Assembly: GCA_965242695.1 (NCBI GenBank)
Contig: CBDESU010000002.1
Location: 1,056,001 to 1,120,000 of the forward strand
From: Cenarchaeum sp.
GTDB lineage: Archaea; Thermoproteota; Nitrososphaeria; Nitrososphaerales; Nitrosopumilaceae
DNA: 64,000 nucleotides
Direction: 5' to 3'
Below the pieces are notes generated by a model that saw only the letters and a list, made by a program, of their open reading frames with translations, made no database searches and was not told where the DNA came from. Positions 58,901-64,000 of the stretch are shown here, one piece after another. The stretch's first letter is position 1, and each line of letters opens with the position of its first letter. Position numbers and translations under genes: made by a program.

Positions 58901-60698
58901 ATTAACACAATACATGGATGATGATTATGTTCAAAACCTCCTTAATAAAATACAACGTCAAAACCTCCAGTGCGTAGAGGTTATCATTGGGAACCCTCCC
59001 TGGGGTGTTGCCCCTAAAGACAAAAAAAGACAAAATGCTCCCACCCGTGCACGAATGCCATACGATGTTCAAGCTCGCATAAATGAGACGTATAGAACGA
59101 AGACTACTGTTGGTGCAAAGAAACTTCATGAATGGTACATCCGTGCTCTGCGGTGGGCATCAGACCGAATTGGGAAATGTGGTATAATTGGATTTGTAAT
59201 AAACGGCAGCCTTGTCACTGCGCCCTCTTTTGCCGGTGTTCGTTTTTTCTTGCATCAAGAATTCGATGAAATACTATACATTGATCTCCGTGGAAAAAAA
59301 GGTAGAAATGGTGACGGGCGTAACATATTTGAATATCCGGGTGTAGGCACTGGTGGGACCACATCGGGTGTTGGATTATTGTTTTTAATAAAAAAACCTG
59401 GCATACACAATTCTAAAAAACACATTTGGTATTATCAGTTAGATGACAAATATAATTCTGGACAGGCCAAACGTGAATTTCTAAAGAAAACAAAGTCGCT
59501 TAAATCGATAACTGATTGGGTAGAGGTCATACCCAATGATAACAATGATTGGTTAGACAAAAGCGATGACACACAATTTTTATCCTACATGCCGATTGAT
59601 ACTTCAAAGGAACGACGTGGGATTTTTATACATAGTAAAAACGGTGTTGTCACTAGTCAAGATGAGTGGGTCTATAATATTTCTAAAACAAATTTAATTA
59701 AAAACATGAAGAATTATATCGAATATATGAATGAAAACATCTATACACCTAATTTCAAAGACGATCATAATCCTAAACGCGGTAAATGGACACGCGATAC
59801 AATTAGTAGATTACGTAATCATGGTATGCAAACTTTTCAAACAAAAAAAATTAGGCCAGCACTATATAGGCCCTTTTTCACTCAATATCTTTATTTTGAC
59901 TGGATATTCAACGCTAGCTGGAACGTAAATGAAATTTTGCCTCGCTCCAGCACTGAAAACAAGATCATCCTGGTTTCATGGGGGGCCGATCTAGATCTTT
60001 CTGTACTAATGACAAACCTTACTCCTGATCTGCACGTTCTTGGCACAAACAAGTGCTTTCCGTTGTACTATTATCAAAATAACACAAAAATTAATAATAT
60101 TGATAACTCTGCACTAGTTGATTTTCAAGATTATTATTCTGATAAAACGATTAGTAGTGATGATATTTTTTATTATGTATATGGAATTTTACACCACCGA
60201 CAGTATCAAGCTACATTTAGAAATAGCTTAAAAAAATATTTGCCGCATATACCATTTGCATCTGATTACAAATCATTTTCATTGATTTCAGAAGTTGGTA
60301 GACAGTTGTCTCATTTGCATCTAAATTTTGACAATCTGAAAACTATCTTACCAGAAGTCATTGTAAACCCGATCACAAATATAAAGAAACCTATTAAAAA
60401 TATTAAATTTGCTGATGATCGCATCCACGCTGAATCCACATTACTAATAAATGGCGATGTTGTCTATGATAATTTACCTAAAGTTACTTATACACTTAAT
60501 GGCCGAACACCGCTAGGGTGGTTCGTTGATCGATGTAGAGAATATCAAAGACCGTATAAAAAATCTGGACTATCTAATCCTATTTTTGAAAATATAACGA
60601 ATGATAGTTTGATGACTCATATAAGACGACTACTACATGTGGGCATTATGACCGAGCGTCATATTGATAAGTTACCAATGGACTTCCTAACTACTTAA
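55972..60698 (+). CDS. Type ISP (LlaGI/LlaBIII-like) restriction-modification enzyme, out of frame at a G13 tract (~1575 aa if in frame)
   Basis: Mrr-like G..FE...DTGID...IQCK; SF2 motifs MACGTGKT, LVPSISL, STYQS, then (other frame) CDEAH, MTATP, LSEGVDVP.LD, QSVGRVMR; MTase GIVYTP, EPFAGTG, GNPPW; C-terminal TRD; AT-rich. Confidence 0.9.
56884..56896 (+). repeat. G13 homopolymer at the frameshift of the Type ISP gene
   Basis: CTC-G13-CGCGG; G11 or G14 restores LGGGG(G)AAGEKTQIDLILCDEAH. Confidence 0.9.
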
Positions 60699-60759
60699 CC
60701 TATGAACCTAAGACGTAAAGCCCGTTACGGGCACAAAGATCTGGAAGTCTGTTCATATT

Positions 60760-62341
60760 AGAAGGTAGTCATAAACCCCCCTCAGGCGTGACGGGCCCCC
60801 GCGTAGGTCAACAATATTAGGCCATCCGCGTGCGAAAATTGACAACCGGGGTGCTGTATTCCGGCGGCAGACAGGGTGACGTTGGGAACCAAGCAAGAGC
60901 TAGTAGAGGTGGCCGAGGGCTTTTTCGAAAAGGGCCACGACAAGCGCAAGGTCCGGAGTATCGGCGAGTGGCGGCAGGCGGCCCACGACGAAATGATGGA
61001 GGGGCTGCCGGACGGAATGGCCGTGAACAGGTGCACCACTTCCGAGCTGTGCCGCACCCTGCTCGACCGCATGATTGCCGACGACGCGCAGCTGAGGAAG
61101 CTCACGCTCATGGATCCCGTCCTCTTCTTCTACGCAGTGGCCATGGTGGAGGAGATATTCGAGCGAGAGCGGGGGATCCTCCTGTTCGAGGACGACGAGG
61201 GGCGGAGCCGCGATCCGGGCCGCCGCGCAAGGCTCCTGCCCAGGCACATAATCCTGCTGTACCTCTGGTACGCCAAGACGAACGCCTCCCAGGACAGCAT
61301 TGCCATCCAGATGGGGATCGGGCAGAAGACTGCGAGCCGCTACATAGCGATCGCCAAGGATGTGCTGTCCCGGACGCTCCCGACGCCGCGCAAGTACGAC
61401 GAGCACATCCAGAGGCAGACCGCCATGCGCGAGATGAAAAAGTACCTGCCGGGGCCGGGCCGCGGCACGTGCATCGAGGACGGCAGGCTCAACAGGATGC
61501 AGCGGCCGGGGCAGAGGGGCCCGCGCGACAGGTCGTACAGCGGGCGCAGAAAGGCCTGCATGGGCAACACGCTGGGCAGGTTCAACGCCCGCGGCGAGAT
61601 GGTCTCGGCGAGCCCGACCGACAGGGGCACGCTCAACGACGTCACCATGGCGAGGAAGTACCGCCTGAACCTGGGCATAGCCACGCAATACCTGCACGAT
61701 CCGCACGCGGCGCCGAAGGACCGCGTTCGCCGCATCGAGGACACGGGGTTCGCCGGCATCGAGACGGAGGAGCCCGGCGTCGTCTACGGAAGGACGGTCG
61801 GGTACAAGGCGTACCAGAAGCTCGACGACGAGGGCAAGGCCAGGAACCGGGACATCGCGAGAAGAAGGCTGCCCTCGGAGTGGTTCTTTGGGCGCATCAG
61901 CCGCTACGCCCGGATGCGCGATCCGTATGCCGGGACATACAGCGAGTACAGCGACGAGCACAATGTGGTCTGCGGCGTGGTGAACCTGCACCTCATGGCG
62001 GGCGGCGTGCGGGAGGGATCCGGCCACCCGAAGAAGCCCGAGTCCGGGCGGCAGCGCAGGCATCGGCGGGACCTGGAGGCGGACGAAGGGGCGATCGACA
62101 GAGTGGCAGCCGACTCAAGGCGGCTCGTGGAGCACGGCGGATTTATCGCCAGCTAAAGATCGGCGGCAGTGCCTTTCAGGAACGGAAGAGATGGCAAAGG
62201 CAGCCGACTTGAATCCCTTGCACTTCCGCAACACATGAACCTTTCAAGATCGGCGCCGTATTTTCTCACTGCGCTCCGTCGAATTTCGTCAAGTCCGAGG
62301 TTCTGCCCAACGGGGGGGGGGGGGGTTTATGACTACCTTCT
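60760..62341. mobile_element. Complete IS5/ISL2-PIF/Harbinger-like insertion sequence (~1.58 kb)
   Basis: Perfect 22-bp TIR AGAAGGTAGTCATAAACCCCCC at both ends; 3-bp TSD ATT (60757-59, 62342-44), or TA if the ends lie one base inward. Confidence 0.9.
60876..62156 (+). CDS. DDE_Tnp_4-type transposase with HTH
   Basis: HTH SQDSIAIQMGIGQKTASRYI; D1 IEDG, YSG.RK, G..ND, D2 EDTGFAG, R...E..FG.I. Confidence 0.85.
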   Translation: MTLGTKQELVEVAEGFFEKGHDKRKVRSIGEWRQAAHDEMMEGLPDGMAVNRCTTSELCRTLLDRMIADDAQLRKLTLMDPVLFFYAVAMVEEIFERERGILLFEDDEGRSRDPGRRARLLPRHIILLYLWYAKTNASQDSIAIQMGIGQKTASRYIAIAKDVLSRTLPTPRKYDEHIQRQTAMREMKKYLPGPGRGTCIEDGRLNRMQRPGQRGPRDRSYSGRRKACMGNTLGRFNARGEMVSASPTDRGTLNDVTMARKYRLNLGIATQYLHDPHAAPKDRVRRIEDTGFAGIETEEPGVVYGRTVGYKAYQKLDDEGKARNRDIARRRLPSEWFFGRISRYARMRDPYAGTYSEYSDEHNVVCGVVNLHLMAGGVREGSGHPKKPESGRQRRHRRDLEADEGAIDRVAADSRRLVEHGGFIAS

Positions 62342-63293
62342 ATTGCCTCCGCATGCGTGGTAGATGGTGGGGAGGCGCGCAGGCAAAGGTTCCAACCCTT
62401 ACGCGGAGCAAGCCATGACGTCGACCAATATTTCGACACCTCTCAAACCTGATCAACGGCGTGTTGTTCTCTATTCGAAAGATTGTCTCTCGGTACAATT
62501 GAAGTTGATCATGCCGCATGCACTGCGCGACACCAGGCATGTGACACAGCATGCATGTTCCTAGATAACCTTTGTATGGGGCGTCCTTTTTTAATTTTTT
62601 CACCCTATGATGAGTGTGTATGTGGTTGAGGTGTTGAGGCTTTCCGTGATCGCGTACTTCGAAATGCGCCCATGCTTAGATTTTTATTACTTCATACATT
62701 CCTCGTGTGTAAAGATGTGGATTAAGCTTTTTGATGCAAATATGGCGAAGTGGCTCAAGTGATGGGCCCTGCACCACATCAGCCCAGGTAAATCGCCGAC
62801 AACCGTCAGCCCTAAGGGTTCGGATACAGGGTGGCTGTGGGCCACCACAATAGTATTTAAGAATATGCCGCCTTCAGGCGCCCCGTGGCCGTCGCCATTG
62901 CGCCTGCGCCGCCTGTAGAGCCTGCCGCCTGCCCTATTTCGTACGTTGCGCGGCATGTCGGGGCCGCTACTTCGCTACACCTGCCCTGCGGTCCACATGC
63001 CGATCATTGGCCGGCAAAAGGATGGTGGGGCGCCACCGGGACCGGAGGATGCCTTTCCACCCGTCACGTCCTCTGGTGGTGAGGCCTAGAGTGGCATCAG
63101 CCGGTGATTGGAGGGATCTGGCGGCTACGCCGAGTGCGACACGCGCTTGGTTCATCTGGCGGTGAGAGTCCGATGCACCGTGTGCCGCAACGGTTGCTGG
63201 AGTACCGGCGCCCGCAGATGCATCTGCTCCCACGATGAACATCGGCCATGGAGCGTCCGGCGCCCCGTGGCCCCGCAACCGTGATATACCCGC

Positions 63294-63515
63294 ATGCGGC
63301 GTGGCCCAGTCGTGGACGACGAAGACAGGCGGTGGATCGAGGAATACGAGGCCCGTCGCCACGATCCCTGGTCACTCTCCAAGAAATCGCTGATTCGAAT
63401 CGCACAGGCGATGAGCGCTCGCATTGACGAGCTTACTGACACACAAAGATCGCCAGAGGGCGAGGAGATTATCAAGGATGACCCTGTCGTAGAAGACGGC
63501 GAAGTATACATGTGA
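63294..63515 (+). CDS. Small acidic hypothetical protein (73 aa)
   Basis: ORF directly upstream of, and co-oriented with, the 63527 ORF. Confidence 0.5.
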   Translation: MRRGPVVDDEDRRWIEEYEARRHDPWSLSKKSLIRIAQAMSARIDELTDTQRSPEGEEIIKDDPVVEDGEVYM

Positions 63516-63526
63516 GGCGAGCAGGC

Positions 63527-64000
63527 ATGTTTGTGGAGAAGCGGCGCTACCAGTACTCTAGGGCGAGGTTTTTCGAGCGACAGCACGGCACCGAGTTTCT
63601 CCGGTTCGAGATGGACCAGATGCTGCGCTTTGCCGCGGCCAAGAAGGTGCGCGGCGATGCCGAGCTCGACGGCTACGTGGCGTGGATGCGCCCCCCGTAC
63701 TTTGTCCTGCTTCCGACGCCCACCACGTCGAGCATCTACGTGGTGTGCCGCGCCGCCGACGAGGTGCCGTACCCGGACATGAACGCATTCTCTACCGTGA
63801 AGGGCAAGATCGGGCCGGCCCTGCTGCCCGGCGGCCGCACGGGCCATGTCATGCAGGCCGAGAGGATCGAAGGGGCAAGGCCGGGGTTTGGGGAGATCGC
63901 GCCGGAGATATCGCACAAGGAGTTTGTCGGACTGCTGTTTGAAAAGTGGCGCAACGTGGCCGAGACGACGCAACAGCTTGTCGCGCACACCCTGACCAGC
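63527..64000 (+). CDS. Hypothetical protein, 5' part (runs off window; not in ORF track)
   Basis: Open frame MFVEKRRYQYSRARFFERQHG...YVVCRAADEVPYPDMNAFSTVKGKIG...ISHKEFVGLLFEKWRNV with host-like codon bias. Confidence 0.7.
   Translation, partial: MFVEKRRYQYSRARFFERQHGTEFLRFEMDQMLRFAAAKKVRGDAELDGYVAWMRPPYFVLLPTPTTSSIYVVCRAADEVPYPDMNAFSTVKGKIGPALLPGGRTGHVMQAERIEGARPGFGEIAPEISHKEFVGLLFEKWRNVAETTQQLVAHTLTS

Noticed and set aside
62345-63290. Short ORFs right of the IS5-like element
   Set aside because: No recognisable motifs or codon bias; probably decayed island sequence

Overview
High-GC archaeal DNA, most consistent with a Nitrososphaerota (Nitrosopumilaceae, Cenarchaeum-like, possibly host-associated) chromosome; the taxon is inferred from gene content and style. 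Core genes: the rpl7ae-rps28e-rpl24e-ndk-infB cluster, an OGG1-type glycosylase, a beta-CASP nuclease, ferredoxin, tgtA, an AK6-type kinase, ychF, kae1, ilvE, lysC, PGI/PMI, mtnA, a DUF59 protein and tRNA-Val(TAC). Accessory content: duplicated hypothetical modules, secreted and membrane proteins, a 1787-aa repeat surface protein, four SWIM/helical paralogs and an orphan DNA methyltransferase with an internal HTH. Two complete IS elements are present: an IS66-like element with an 8-bp TSD and a ~230-aa insert in its catalytic domain, and an IS5/Harbinger-like element. Two large defence genes are each split by a frameshift. Highlights: (1) an AT-rich Type ISP restriction-modification gene switched out of frame by a G13 tract, a candidate archaeal phase-variable methylome switch; (2) a duplicated, unannotated 35-aa peptide whose 18-residue C-terminus differs only by synonymous changes, with one copy coupled to a membrane protein; (3) a frameshifted nuclease-P-loop-helical (Avs/STAND-like) gene. 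All family assignments come from motif recognition, not database searches.
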